Shown here piece after piece: positions 41,201-54,533 of a stretch of 64,000 nt of DNA. Under the pieces are notes generated by a model. That model did not search any database, had not been told where the DNA came from, and saw only the letters and a program-made list of their open reading frames with translations. This DNA is from Bugula neritina (lineage: Eukaryota > Animalia > Bryozoa): assembly GCA_964035545.1 (NCBI GenBank), contig OZ037772.1, positions 11,592,818-11,656,817 of the forward strand, in the 5' to 3' direction. A program made the translations under genes and the position numbers. Position 1 is the first letter of the stretch. Each line of letters begins with the position of its first letter.

Positions 41201-43265
41201 GCGAATACACTCATTTGCGAGCATGAAGAATTTTAAATGGCGACTAGTAGCAGCCAAGGTGCTGTATGCATGAGTCAGAACTTCAAATAACAGGGCTTCT
41301 TTTTCATCCTTGCACTCAGTTGTAGTTGCAAGCATCTTTAAATGGCTGTAAAATGTATTTTCTGAACTGACATTCAAATGCAATCTTAAATCTTGAAATG
41401 CTTCTATAAGTGTCTTGTAGGCATCAGCATAAGCAAAACAGCAATTCAGACACTGACTTCGCAAAATCTTGTACCTGATTTTGCACAGCTGACATGAATT
41501 TTCGTTATCAATTAGCCAACTCAAGTAACTCAAAGTCACGCTGTACTTCTTCTCAGACATCATGATAAAGCAAACCATTTCAGCAAGACTTTTGTCATCA
41601 TGAGAGAAAGCTATCTGCTGCGATTCATATTTGTCTCGAATGATTTTCAAAAACTTGTGGCAACTAGAATCAACATTATCATGTCCAACAGCAAAGTAAA
41701 GCCTTTCTAGAGCAATGCCAGGTTTACCAACAAAGTTCAGCACTTTTACTAACTGTAAAAAATCAGATTTCACAATTTGGAAGCCGTTTAAAAATTCCTG
41801 TAGAGCTTTGTTGATGTTGAATCCTGCAACAAATGAATTTGTTTCTGGGTCTACAGCAGACAAGATTAGTTTGCGAACACTATGATTGGTGCATTCTTTA
41901 ATAGGCACGAGGAGACAACCGAGAATGACGAATATGTTTGTGGGCATGTGATAGTGCTTCTTTTTGTGAGCAGTTGACTGGTTGTATGTGTACAGTGATA
42001 GATGCTCTGATTTGGTTCCAAGTTCTAGGTAGGCAACGGTGCGGGTGTACAGTGACAGTCCCAAGACAATTTGCAGATAGCGATGGTTCTCTTTTGACAA
42101 ACCTTTGTCTAGAAGGTTGTCAAATATTTTCCAAACGTACTTTGAATCAAAACCCAATGCGATGGAAAGGCTGAGAGCTAGCAATGTGATAAACCGAAAG
42201 ATGTCAGTTTTTGTAGTTATGTCAAAATTCTGAGGTGATCCAAAATTCTTAGCAACTGGCATGAAGCTGTACTTTTCCATATCAGCGGAAAAACCTCTCA
42301 AGCGCTTTTCTGCCACATGCTTGCTGCATGCAACCGTATTTTGTTCATATGTCATTCGCTCAAATGAAAAGGCTTTATACAACCTTTCACCATTATAAGT
42401 GGAGTATATCAAAGTGGAATTGGCAAGTAAATCTGCCACATCCCCAGTGTAGTCCCCTAAAGGTGCTTTAAGTCCGTTTTTATATAGTTCCATCATTCCT
42501 TCTACTGTTTGAATTTTATGAAGCCCAAAAGGTTTTCCAGTAGGAATATTCCCAGCCCTAGAGCCAAATCCATCAATTCTGTATCCAGTCACAGCCGGTT
42601 TACTGAATGTAGCTTCGACCAACTCTTTCAGTTTGAATATGCTTAACGGAGACTCACCAAGATTGTTAATTTGAAAATAACTTTCAACAGCAAGTTTCCA
42701 AAAATAGTCAAGATTTTTGTCAGTTTCAACGAGAATGACGTACTCAATATCTGAATAAGGTGTGACCACCCCACTGGGAACCGAACCAAGACCCAACACC
42801 GCAAAATCACATGGTGGAAACACATCAATCTTAGCTAGAACGTCTACGCTAGACTTCATAACTTGCTTAGAAAAAGTGATGAAACCTTCGGCACACAGCT
42901 GACTTTTGCCAAACACGCTGGTAGCAAAATTGTAAGCCTGCTTCAGATTGGCTTCGCTAAAAATATCAAGCATATCAAGCTTTACTTCCTCTTCTTTCAA
43001 ACTTTCAAAGTTGATTTGTGTAGCTTTCCTGAACTCTTGAAGCTGAACTTTGTGATGGTTGACAAGGTCTCTGTGCTCAGAGAAAGACAAAGGATGGTTT
43101 CCTTTGTACCAATCTACCTCAATTTGGTACAGAAACTCAGCTCTGTCAATGCTGTCTTTATCTCTTGCCAGGCAAGCGTTGGCCAACCCATGTGCCTAAA
43201 AGTGTTAATATCTTAATATCAACAGCTACCTGTGCTTAAGTAGTGTGAGTGTGTGGTGTGGTGGT

Positions 43266-43311
<46 letters not shown>

Positions 43312-45326
43312 GTGTGTGTCTGTGTGTGGTGTGTGGTGTGTGTGTGTAGCAGCTGTTTTCTAGGTTAAATATGCCAATATATTGTAATGCAACATAATAA
43401 TATTATGATGGTATAACATAATATGTTATAGTATAATTATACAATGTAGCATAATGCAACCTACTATAATATAATGTAATGGTACATAATATGCTATACT
43501 ATAAAACAGTATAAGAATATACTATAATGTAGTTTAACATAGTGTAATATGACATATCATATTATAGTATTTTAACATATTATAGGATCAATTTTATGAA
43601 ACATAATGTGTTTAAAAAACTGATCACCAGATAAGATAACCGTGTAAGCTAAGGATGATGTATTACTTGAAAGGTTTGTCTTCTTTTTAGAATTAGAATT
43701 ATATTAAAATTATATAACATAGATTTTTATTTTGTCAAAAGTTAATCATAGTATAATATGCTAATTCCTTCCATTTGATGGTCTATTCGAATAAAAACTA
43801 AGATGATTGGCTCGTATTTTCTGCACACATCATCTAACGCCAATAAACTATCGGTTGGCAAATAATTTTTATAATGAAATCTCATTCATTTTGGACATGA
43901 AACCTTTAATAAGTACACACTGAACTTTACACCCGGAACCCCTCGGCATTTATTCATCAGCCTGCTGATTCGATGTCATTTTGATTAATGGAGATTCAAC
44001 AAATATTCTAATAATCAAAGGTCAGTATGCTAATCATAGTGCACGTGGCAATGAATATAAAGATATAATGTACTTTGCCAGAGTAATCACCATATAGAAT
44101 AATTATTATTAACCCTGTTCAGAGTTCACTTGCACTCGTTTTCATGGCAATAACAACTTGAATCATTCAAAATTGTTCTGTTCGTATAATGTATTCAAGT
44201 GTTTTCATAAGCCTAGGGCCACACTGTGCGTATTTTCGCATGCGAAAATTGAAATCACAAGTAGCAAAGGTGTCCACTGTGCGCGTTGAGAAAACATTCG
44301 CACTTGTCGCTCTGCATTTTCAACGCAAGTGCGAACCGTCTCTGTCGTCGTCACCTAATTGGCTGGTAGTTATTAAGCGAGCCCAATTTCTTTATTTTAG
44401 TGCTAAATTCCAGTAAATTGCGTTTTATTGAAAGCGAGTGCGATTTAAAAATGAAAGCTTTATTTATCACGCATCACTGACGCTACAGTGGACGCCTTTG
44501 CTACTTGTGGTTTCAATTTTCGCATGCGAAAATACGCACCGTGTGGCCCTAGGCTAAATATGAATACATTAGTCAGTTCAGTCGTTTCTACTTGTATCTA
44601 TTTCGTAACTTTTATTGCTTTGATGATAGCCTACACCCTTAAACTCGATGAACTATAGGCAAACATAGAGATACAACGAAATTCTGGAATGTTACAGAGC
44701 TGAAATGTATCTTGCAGATATAAACAAGAGTATAGGACTTTGATATGCTCAGCTGAGAAGCTTTGCTATAACTAGTTAAGCTCTAAGTTAGAGTCATTCA
44801 AAAGTAATTTACATGTTAATATTTGAGGACTACAGAGACCATTGAATGCATTGTAGAACCAACACACTGGATAGAGTTTTTACAGAACATAAGGGCTTAA
44901 AATAATGTAATAAAGTCATAATAATTGCAAAGCTATAACATAGATGGGCAGTTTAGCCATAATTTTCTTGCCATATTTTTCTAATAGTTATGAGAGTATT
45001 TGCAGCATTTGAGGTTGAGTGATTAAAGTTATGTTACTGCAGCTTTAACTTAACAGTTGTTATATATACCTTGTATTTCTAATTCTGAACTTGAAAAAAC
45101 TTTGATGTTGTATTCGATGTTCAGCAACCACAAAATATTAATGGTTTATAAAGTAAAGCTGAAGAATGGTGCAGGGAGACAAAGTCCTTTCTATCTATAG
45201 CAACATTATTTTATGCTAATCACAATACTGTTTACTCACTTTGACGTAATCCCACCAGTTTCCGGTTCCATTTGCCTTTCCATGATACTTCCTGGCCAAA
45301 AATTCCATGAACGGAAAATCCCCCAT
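38204..45326 (-). CDS. NTase-TPR protein 2 (~1692 aa): paralog of the gene at 6844-11698
   Basis: Exons 45326-45240 (MGDFPFMEFLARKYHGKANGTGNWWDYVK|GTGAGT) and 43195-38204 (TTTAG|AHGLANACLAR...). NTase motif FAVLGLGSVPSGVVTPYSDIEYVILV, GYRIDG and AGNIPTG; many 44-aa TPRs (e.g. HPEIAASYSKMG...). Same intron position and phase as paralog 1. Confidence 0.87.
43244..43347. repeat. (GT)n microsatellite in the NTase-TPR 2 intron
   Basis: Long GT run. Confidence 0.95.
44211..44554. mobile_element. MITE with ~70-bp TIRs and TAA TSD (PIF/Harbinger-like)
   Basis: GCCTAGGGCCACACTGTGCGTATTTTCGCATGCGAAAATTGAAA... at the left end and its reverse complement ...TTTCAATTTTCGCATGCGAAAATACGCACCGTGTGGCCCTAGGC at the right, flanked by TAA on both sides. 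Confidence 0.85.
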
Positions 45327-46299
45327 GATTCTGTAATATTGAGAAATCCTTATCTTAGATGCGATAATTCAGAACCTGGCTATATGGTACAGACTGAGGG
45401 AGCCCTTTACCCCTACCCCTACCCCTACCCCCACCCCCAGAGCTTGTATACATAACACACCTATACTATAACATGTGATGGTGCTATTGAGTAACTGATA
45501 CACCTTTAATATAAACATTGATCAAAGTTTAAGATTATATGCTTATTTTGAACAACCCCAGCCTTGCATTGTGATTCAGACCTTTTCCAATCATAGCCAC
45601 CATAAAGTCTTAGATCTATACAGTAGAGAGGAAAGTAGGGAGGGGGAGGGGGAGATGCAACACTACTTTATAGCAAGTAGTCAGGTACTGTGAGCTGTTG
45701 AACTGACGACCAATAATAAAAGAGGGTTTACTTCACTTCACATAGAAAGCCCTCAAATTATCAATATAGTCTAACAGGTAACTATGTAAATATGCCTGCA
45801 GGTAAATGTAAATATGCCTGCAGGTAGATGAAACTAGGGCTATAGAGTAGAGACTATTTTGACTAGTACTTCAACTACTCTACACATTGCTAGAAAGATT
45901 GAGACCTTCGTGGTTACTAAGCAAACGCTGTAACCCCGAGACCACGGCTGCTCCTTAATTCTAACAAAATTTATGATCTATGGCAATATATGGTAGTATG
46001 TTATTATAAATAATTATACATAATATAATAGTATATTAATATAATAGTCATATAATAGCATACTATAATACTGTACAGGTATTTTAATACAAATTATTCT
46101 ATTTTAATAACAATTAAAATTTTGATCACTGTTATATCCTGCATACAATCAAGAATAATTTCTATACAACTGCTTGGCCATGAAATAAAACGAATTGGTC
46201 ACATTTCGATTCCATTCAAATCTCTGCACCTAACAAGCAATACACACCATGGCAAGCTTGTACTAACCTCTGCTAAGCGCAGTGAACTCAAGCGAATCT

Positions 46300-46408
46300 A
46301 CCGTTCAAGTCCACCTCCAAGCTAGTTGCTCAAGTGTACCTTCAAGTCTACTGCTCAAGTATACCTTCAAGTCTACTGCTCAAGTATACCTTCAAGTCTA
46401 TGGCTCAA
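46300..46408. repeat. 25-bp minisatellite
   Basis: CCTTCAAGTCTACTGCTCAAGTATA, 3-4 copies. Confidence 0.8.
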
Positions 46409-48874
46409 GGCTGAAATACAAATTAAGTTTTGTAATATTCAAAATACACTTTAACGGCACAATGGTAATTCTATATTTATATTATAATAAAATAACATGC
46501 CTATAGTAGAGTCTGTAGGTAAGATGACAATTTCAAATGTAAACATTTAGAAAATATAAATGTTGAAACTAGGACAGCTAAATTTCAAGGTAGTTGATAG
46601 TAATATATTGATATTACTTGAATATTGATTACTTGAATAAAGAGAAGTGTCTAAGGGTACGCGTTAGGCTGTTGGAATTTTCATTAAAAGCTTTTCATAA
46701 TTTATGAGAACTCTTTTTACTAAGTAATTAAAGCTTATGTAGGCTTTTTAGCTTTATATTAGATTGACTCTGAAGAATAAGTCTAAGAAAAAATAACTGG
46801 GTTGTTGATAATATGTTATAGCCTATACGTATAGTAACGTAATTCAACAAGTGTTAGGCGATAAAAAACAACTAAAATATTAACATTAATGCTAAATATT
46901 TAGTACCCTCTATAGAGTTAAATCTTCATCTACCGGCATTTTATTTTCTCTCAGAAATATTTTATGCTTACTTCTACACTTCTATGGGATTTTAACTAAA
47001 TATTTCATATATTCTAGGGAAGCCGAAAACATTGTACTTACACAATATATGTAAAATCTGTCTGCTACATTACCCTCCCCTCCTGTTTATATATCCCTCT
47101 CTCTCTCTGTGATGTCACTTCCTCTGTTTATGCTATCTTTGTACAGACTATCTGATAGAATACGGGTGATACTCCGCCTACTACAGTTGAGACTACAATA
47201 CACATATCTCAATGACCAACTTACATCTGCAGTAGCGGCTTAAGTACTGATGGTGCAAGCAGTTGAAACTGCGTATACACAAATAACTGACCCCTGTCAA
47301 CATATGCTGATATACCAACAAGCAATAGAGGAAGTTAGCTTATCTCCTCTTTTAACAATAGTTGATAAGCTGAATAAATTATTCTAAATTCAAATTAATG
47401 CCCTGCAGAAGCTCTTTTTGTGATTTGAATTTTGCAAGCATTCAATAAATTTTTAAGATGATAAATTACTTCAGTTTTGATTGTGCAAGAACTTAGTTTT
47501 TTTCTGGTATTGTAAAAACCTTCAATTTCTTTCACACCATGAAATTAGTATATACCTATACAGTGTTCCCTCCATATCTCACTAAGTTGCAGGTATTAAA
47601 CAGCTCTACCCATCACATAGTAGAATACCAAACTTAAATCACAGATAAATTAGGTCATTTTGTCCTTATACACATACCTAAGTCACAAAACAGAAGTTTA
47701 AGCCCTTCTCTTGACCAATGGAATTTTGTAAGAAATGGAAGAAGCACTGCATATGGATTGGCAGTAGCCATAACTGCATGCTATTTGTATAGAAAATATT
47801 ACGTTTGATGGAAAAAAAACAAGCATATTACAAAAAATTCTCTGTTATATATTTATATTATATTGATGTGACATCTAAATTTCTAATACTGCTTCTGCAT
47901 AATGATGCTTGGTTATGGAGAGGTTACTCACAGCAGCTCTGAAGAGGAGGCAATTTCCAAGCGTTGCACTACAAATTTATGTTGGAGTTGTGCCCTCTTG
48001 TAAGAGGATACTGCAAATAAGCACCGAATATGCAAACGACAGATAATATCCTGTTTCAAGGTCACAAGTCAGGTAGAGAGCTAAACTTGGTCATCATTTA
48101 TTAATCTTTCTCCAAGTATGTTGCAGCTTATAAGTTATACGAAATTAACATGATCGTCTGCTATATTATATATTTACACAATTTCAACTGTAATAAATTA
48201 CCTGCACCAACATTCTTTACTGCAAGAGATAAAAATGCTTTGCTACTTATGCACTCCACACAAGATTTTGGAAAGTTGGGCACTAGTACTTCAACAGTGT
48301 AGTTTTCCATATACAATGTGTTGAAATTCAATTTTGATGCAAGCAAATGAGAACATGAAATCGAGTTGACTTGTTATTCTATGTGTTTGTGTTTTAATGT
48401 TTCACATCTAGATTTCAAGTGCTAGTCTATATTACAGTGTGCATGGTAAATGTCATAAAAAGACCGGAATTTTTTTTCAATAGAAACTTCTATTAGATAT
48501 AGTGAATGACTAACTGAAAGTAAGAATTGAAAACTGAACAAATTTAAGGAAATCTACACAGGGTAAATATTGATTCTTAACCCACCAAAGTTTATTATAG
48601 TTTGCTGTATATCATCAGTGATTAGATACCTTAGAATGTAGTGAGCATAAAGAACATAGATAAAGAGCTACAAGCAATGCTGTTGAAATAAAATAACCAG
48701 TAAACTTTACAGGACAGACTTGAGGTTGTCTGCGTAGGTGGTTCTTTACTAATAACTTAAACTGGTATACATAGAAGGTATCTTGAAGTTAGACGTCCAG
48801 ACATACGATACAGCAGGTGGATATAAGAGGGGGTCCAGAGCCGCTGTATGATAATGTCAAGGACTCAGCGCTGC

Positions 48875-50497
48875 TTAGTATCCGCTTGATTCAAGATACT
48901 TGGCTATTTTGTCTACAGCTTGAGTAGCACTTCTAGCAGCATCACCATGGCTTTCCGGTATAAAGACTATGATGATACCTACACAAATATACATTCACTC
49001 ACCATTTAACACAACTTAAGACAAAAGGGCAGTTTTGACAGACAAACTAAGCAGCCAAGTTCATGCCACACGCACGCGCACACACAGAGGGACATGTATC
49101 AGGTGTATTACACACAACAGTCACAAAAGCAATACAAACTAATCTTAATTATTCAAAGAGCAGGCTGACAGAAGAGGAACACTAGATATAATCATTTATC
49201 CAGCTCCACTGATAAGTACAGGCAACTGTAAGACTGAAAGAGAGGCTCCAACTCACCTCGAGTAGTAGACTGGGCAATTAGATTACCCATTCCACCTTTC
49301 TTAGCTGTTATAATTCTTCCATCCATATCTAGGTCTCTGAGGAACATATATTTTGTACCATCCACAGTGACACCAGTAAGCTAAGGGTAGAAGATAATAA
49401 CTACAGGCTGACATCATAGAATATGCAGCTCATATAAACAACAATAGTACTAGTAGTAGTAGTAGTACTAGTAGCAGCAGTAGAAGTACTTGTAGCAGTA
49501 GTACTAGTAGCAGTAGTAGTACTAATAGTAGGGATATCTTATGTACAGCCACTGCCACTTTAGTCACAGTGACAGCAACAACTACAAGTAATGCACTGAG
49601 CAGAATAGTGGACAGTTTTACAAGATGATGCCCTGAATTTAAACTCTTAAGCCTAAAAGTTTGTAAATACTGGCCATAGCTTTACTGCATATATTAGATC
49701 TCAAGAAAAGATGAGTTACCGGAAGAGTGGCCTGTACCGCATCACTGCTCTTTTTACTCATGACGCCTGCCAATGATGCAGCTTCCTGTGGAGTTATAGT
49801 CATAATTTGATGATTCTGCAAGAGAAAGAAGAGGTGATGGAGACCAGAGTCTAAGGTTTGGGCATACGACTGCACAGTCTGCAAAGCTGATAATTTAGAG
49901 AGGGAGTATATCGAGTGAAAATTAGAGATGTACATTTACCAAGTCTTCATCTACTAGCCAGTGTGACTGAGTGAGCTGCATAGGTTACTCAATATTGGCA
50001 TCTGAGTTACAGAAACCATGGTATAGAATACATATTTATATTTGCATTGGACTACACAACTGAATCATTTTAATTTACCCCAGTATTGGTGCAAATATCT
50101 ATTACGTTTAGCTGGAGCTCAATTAAAATAACCGACTAAGAATAATTAAACGGGGAGGGGGGGGGGGGGGTGGTGGTGATGCAGTGGCAACTATTAAGAA
50201 TATATCAAATCTAGAAGAGGGAATGGCTGAAAAAGACCTTCCCTGAAGAGGTAATATATATTAAGGTATAAGATAAACAGAGTTGGCACAGTGTGACGAT
50301 AGTACGTTGAACTGATGCTTGTACTAGTCACGTGACAACACAGAGCTGGATGTGATGTATCTAACGGATAACCATGTTATGAAACTCACGGCTCCGGTAA
50401 CAGGGGTCCAAATACTTCCATCCAGACCGATGATAGCGCCTTTGGTGACGACAGGGCAATCTCGGATGATGTTATCAATGTAGGGATCCCAAGACAT
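48875..50497 (-). CDS. PFN: Profilin (143 aa)
   Basis: Exons 50497-50390, 49815-49720, 49380-49257 and 48978-48875 give MSWDPYIDNII...GAIIGLDGSIW...ITPQEAASL...GVTVDGTKYMFLR...AVDKIAKYLESSGY*, with the classic profilin N- and C-terminal motifs. Confidence 0.93.
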
Positions 50498-53400
50498 GGT
50501 GAAGTAGAAAGTAGCAGAACTACAAGATACACAAACGAGACATCATCTAACAGAGGAGAGACCAGGTCATAGAGAGAAATACCAGAAAACTACTTCAATT
50601 TACCAAATGCACCCATAAACAGAAATTCTGGGTCCCTGATGTTAGGCTGAGCTTTTGCTACTGACACAACTTCATTCTACACACTAGTGACACTACAGTG
50701 CCACATACACAATGGTTATTGTCAGCTCAAACACACAATATAATACAATGCCCATTCACTGATAAGACATAATCCTAGCCACACACTCACCATATGCCCA
50801 TTAACCTGGCTGATACATGACCTAGTTTTGAGAGGAGATACCCCAAGAGTTCGTACATAAATCACTAGAGCACACAGATATGATGGCTAGACTGAGGGTT
50901 AGCACTTTCTGTGTATTACCAGTCATCCACCCAACCCGTGATAGGGAATGGAGCTAGAGCTGGCAGAAGATGCCTAGCTGATGGTAGGAGCAAGTAGGCT
51001 AGTAGGCAGTACCCAGTGAATGGTGAGTAAACAAACCTAAGTTAGGCTCATTAGCATTCAGTTATGACAAGATTGCTGATGAAAACAAACATTCATCACC
51101 CATTCCTTAGATATTAAAGTTCAGGAGCAGCTGAGTAGGGAGAGGTGGATGATTTCATCACAGATACTCTGGCATTTACTTAGCTGGTCAGATAATTACA
51201 ATGATTATTAGTAATTGACTAAAAGCAGTTCTTCACAATTCATCTACTGCTACATAACAGCCTATTGATATAATAGTGACCCGACACCTTCCACTCAGTC
51301 CACAACGCACACAGTATTACAACAGAGTTAACTTACAGTTGTAATAGCAATAGAATCAGTGAGCACTTTGCCAAATCTTTGTCAGCGAATCAAACCTGAA
51401 ATAGAAGGTTAGCCATGAGTTTAGAGGAAATAATGCATACAGTTTTTGAACTGACACCATACCATGAGTGATACAGGGAAGTTTGGTGTAAAACTTTGCC
51501 ATTTGAAACACAAAAAGTCCACTTCAGACTATGAAAAGGGGGGTGAAGTATCAATCCCCGATATCTGTGACAGCTGTGAGTAGATATGAGTTAATTGATT
51601 AGACATACACGCCCCATTACAATATCTAATATCTAATCAAACACCAACTTATTTTCCTATTGAGAGGAGACAACTGAAAATGGTTGAGTTTGTAAAAAGT
51701 CAAGCTATGAGTGAAAAGGGAGAGAACAGGATCGCAGACTAAGCGTAGGGCCACAGGATGTGGATTTTCTGATCTCAGACTAGTGGAAATAGTAACGGAG
51801 TTTCTTAAAAAGTACCAGCATATGCAGATGTTCATAGCTGTTAGTAGGACAGTGACTCAAATAATCACTAGGGTTGGAAGGAATTGAATGCAGGCTGGAC
51901 ACTAACCAGAATGTCATGACTGATAAGATTGCATGTTTCAGAGAGAATTAGTGACCTGCCCTGCTATCATTTACTGCAAGATGGCACACTGCCCATACTT
52001 TAATTTGAATGTTGTATGATCATGACCCATCTAATTGACTTGTGCTACTTACTTGAAATATAAATTTAGACATGAAACTTTCAGCAGAAAAGTTGAATCA
52101 AATATGTTTCAGCATAATAAATTTTATTTACACTACCCTGAATGTATCTTCATGAGTTATGCAGTCTATAAGCTTAAAAACTCACCAGTGGTTTATCTTT
52201 ATATAAACAAATAGGACTACTTAGAAGTTTTTAGCTCAAGATCAAAATAAGATATTAATGATTCTCATTTACAAGCATCAAACTAAAAGTAAATGATGGC
52301 CAGTTGTATAAATAGAAACTATGAAAAACTCTACTTAATCTACTCTACTTGATCACTTAGGAACTAAATAATTATCACTATTAGCATCTATAAACATTAG
52401 ACATAGCTTTAGATATTCATATACAACTACACTATGATCATCATCATGATTCTGATCAATCAAACTGACTCTCTGAGAGAGAAACTGCGAGTTAGTGTTA
52501 CTCCTACTTTCAATAGTACGAAGTTTGAGTTCCAAGTTTTAATCCCTTACCCGAAATTAAACTTACTTAAATTTAACCAAGTATTTTCCCCCAAATAAAT
52601 TTAAATCATAACCATCTACGTTACATCAAATTCCACTTACACAGTTACATTTACTGTTAAAACGCAATGTTCAACTTAACGTTGACTTTGAACACTTGAA
52701 AATAAACTTTAAATCCCAAGTCCAACTTTAAGGAGCAAGAGTTACACTTAACGTTGAACTTAAAATAAAAAAAGGTAGTTTAGCCTCAAGTTTTAGTTTA
52801 TAAGTACTAGCCCCTAGCTATTTTCATAATTTCCAAATTCACTTGGATTTAAATTTTATAATCGCGTAATGTTGAACGCCGTGAGTTAATGATTCAAAGG
52901 AAAAGAAATTTCAAAATAGCTTATGAAAGTCAAACACAAAGAAGTTCTTTATCTAAAATATAGAGCATTTATATAAATTGTAAAAATATAATAATAAAAG
53001 TAATGACGCGAAGATAAAAGACACATCTCTACTTACCCTATAACACCGGTTTGTGCCAGCAATGAAAGGACATGTGGGAAGTATTAATCATTAAAGTATA
53101 AATGCGCCAACAATAAGTTGCAATATTTTGAGTTATTTTTGCAGTTTGGTTGCGTTTGTAAGTGAAACATTAATTTAAACATAAAATAATTATATATTTT
53201 TTATAATCTTTTGTTTAAATTACTCTGTGTTAGAAACAAATTTTAAAAAGTGCTTTTTTATATCAATGCGCAAAACATTTTTTACTACCTGATCTATATT
53301 GGTAGTGTACGAAAAGTCGAAGTAAAATTTTAAAATATAGAAGCAAAAAATAATTTTAAATTTACAGCAAACATTATTAAAAATTTTTGCTTCAAATAAA

Positions 53401-53819
53401 GTGCAAATCACAATTTTAGAACTTTAAATTCATCCGAAATAATTTAAATACGGATAATAATTCTGTTACCTAGTCTTAGCAGTAAGTATGAGTGGACAAC
53501 CCTGACTAAAATAAGACCATTCATGCAATAATTTTGTATTTAACTCCTTGTGAGAACCTATTTTTCTAGTGGGCTAACAACTTTTTTCTAAATTGCTCGA
53601 AAGGAAAAGTTATATGATTGTAAAATAAAATATCATGCAAATTTATAGTCACCATTCCTATGAGAAACCCCTGATCGAAGGGTTTTTGTTAAATCAGGCT
53701 AAGGACTTATTCAGATTGAGCACAGGAGCAATTATGACTTGATGCTCTTCTTAACATCGCCAATGACCTTTGTTGGGCTCAAACCAATAACTTCATGCTT
53801 ACTAGGCACGAAGTCATGG

Positions 53820-53846
53820 GTATATATATATTTAAAGATATATTTA

Positions 53847-53890
<44 letters not shown>
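53820..53890. repeat. (TA)n microsatellite
   Basis: TA run. Confidence 0.9.
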
Positions 53891-53892
<2 letters not shown>

Positions 53893-54533
53893 CAAACTGT
53901 GATGTGACAAGTTGATCAGTAATATATTTTGAGCAATTAAATTTGTTATAGAAGTAAGCATAGAGAAATTATATTTGTGAGTCTGAATCTGCTTAAAATA
54001 ATTATATAGCATCACTATATCGTAAATCGTTAGTCCAGTTAAATAGTCTTTGAATAATTATATATTAAAAATAATATCAGTGAAAATCACCGCATAACAT
54101 CACACAGCAGAATGAGCAATTACCAAAATATAGCTGATGAACAACCAGTTATAAAACAATGAAATGATGTCGTATACTAATTTGGCTTGCACTAACCACA
54201 GCACATAATCAAATAATTGCAATGATAATAAAATGATACTAATTAATCATGATAATAAGATGAAATCAAATAGTAGGTTACATATAATATGTTAAATTGG
54301 ATTGAATTGGTATGAAAAAGGCATGAAACAATTTGCAGTAGGCATATATGCATGTAAAATAATTGATGTATTTATGGAAAGGCAACAAACAATAGCATAA
54401 AATATAAATGTATATAATTAATGGATTAGCATCCAGTTTGTTCCATTTCTTGGTTGAGGATTTAGTGATTATGACGGTTTTGAGATAGGTTCAATCAAAA
54501 TCAACCAAGTAGATAAATTGACCAGCTTGTAAC

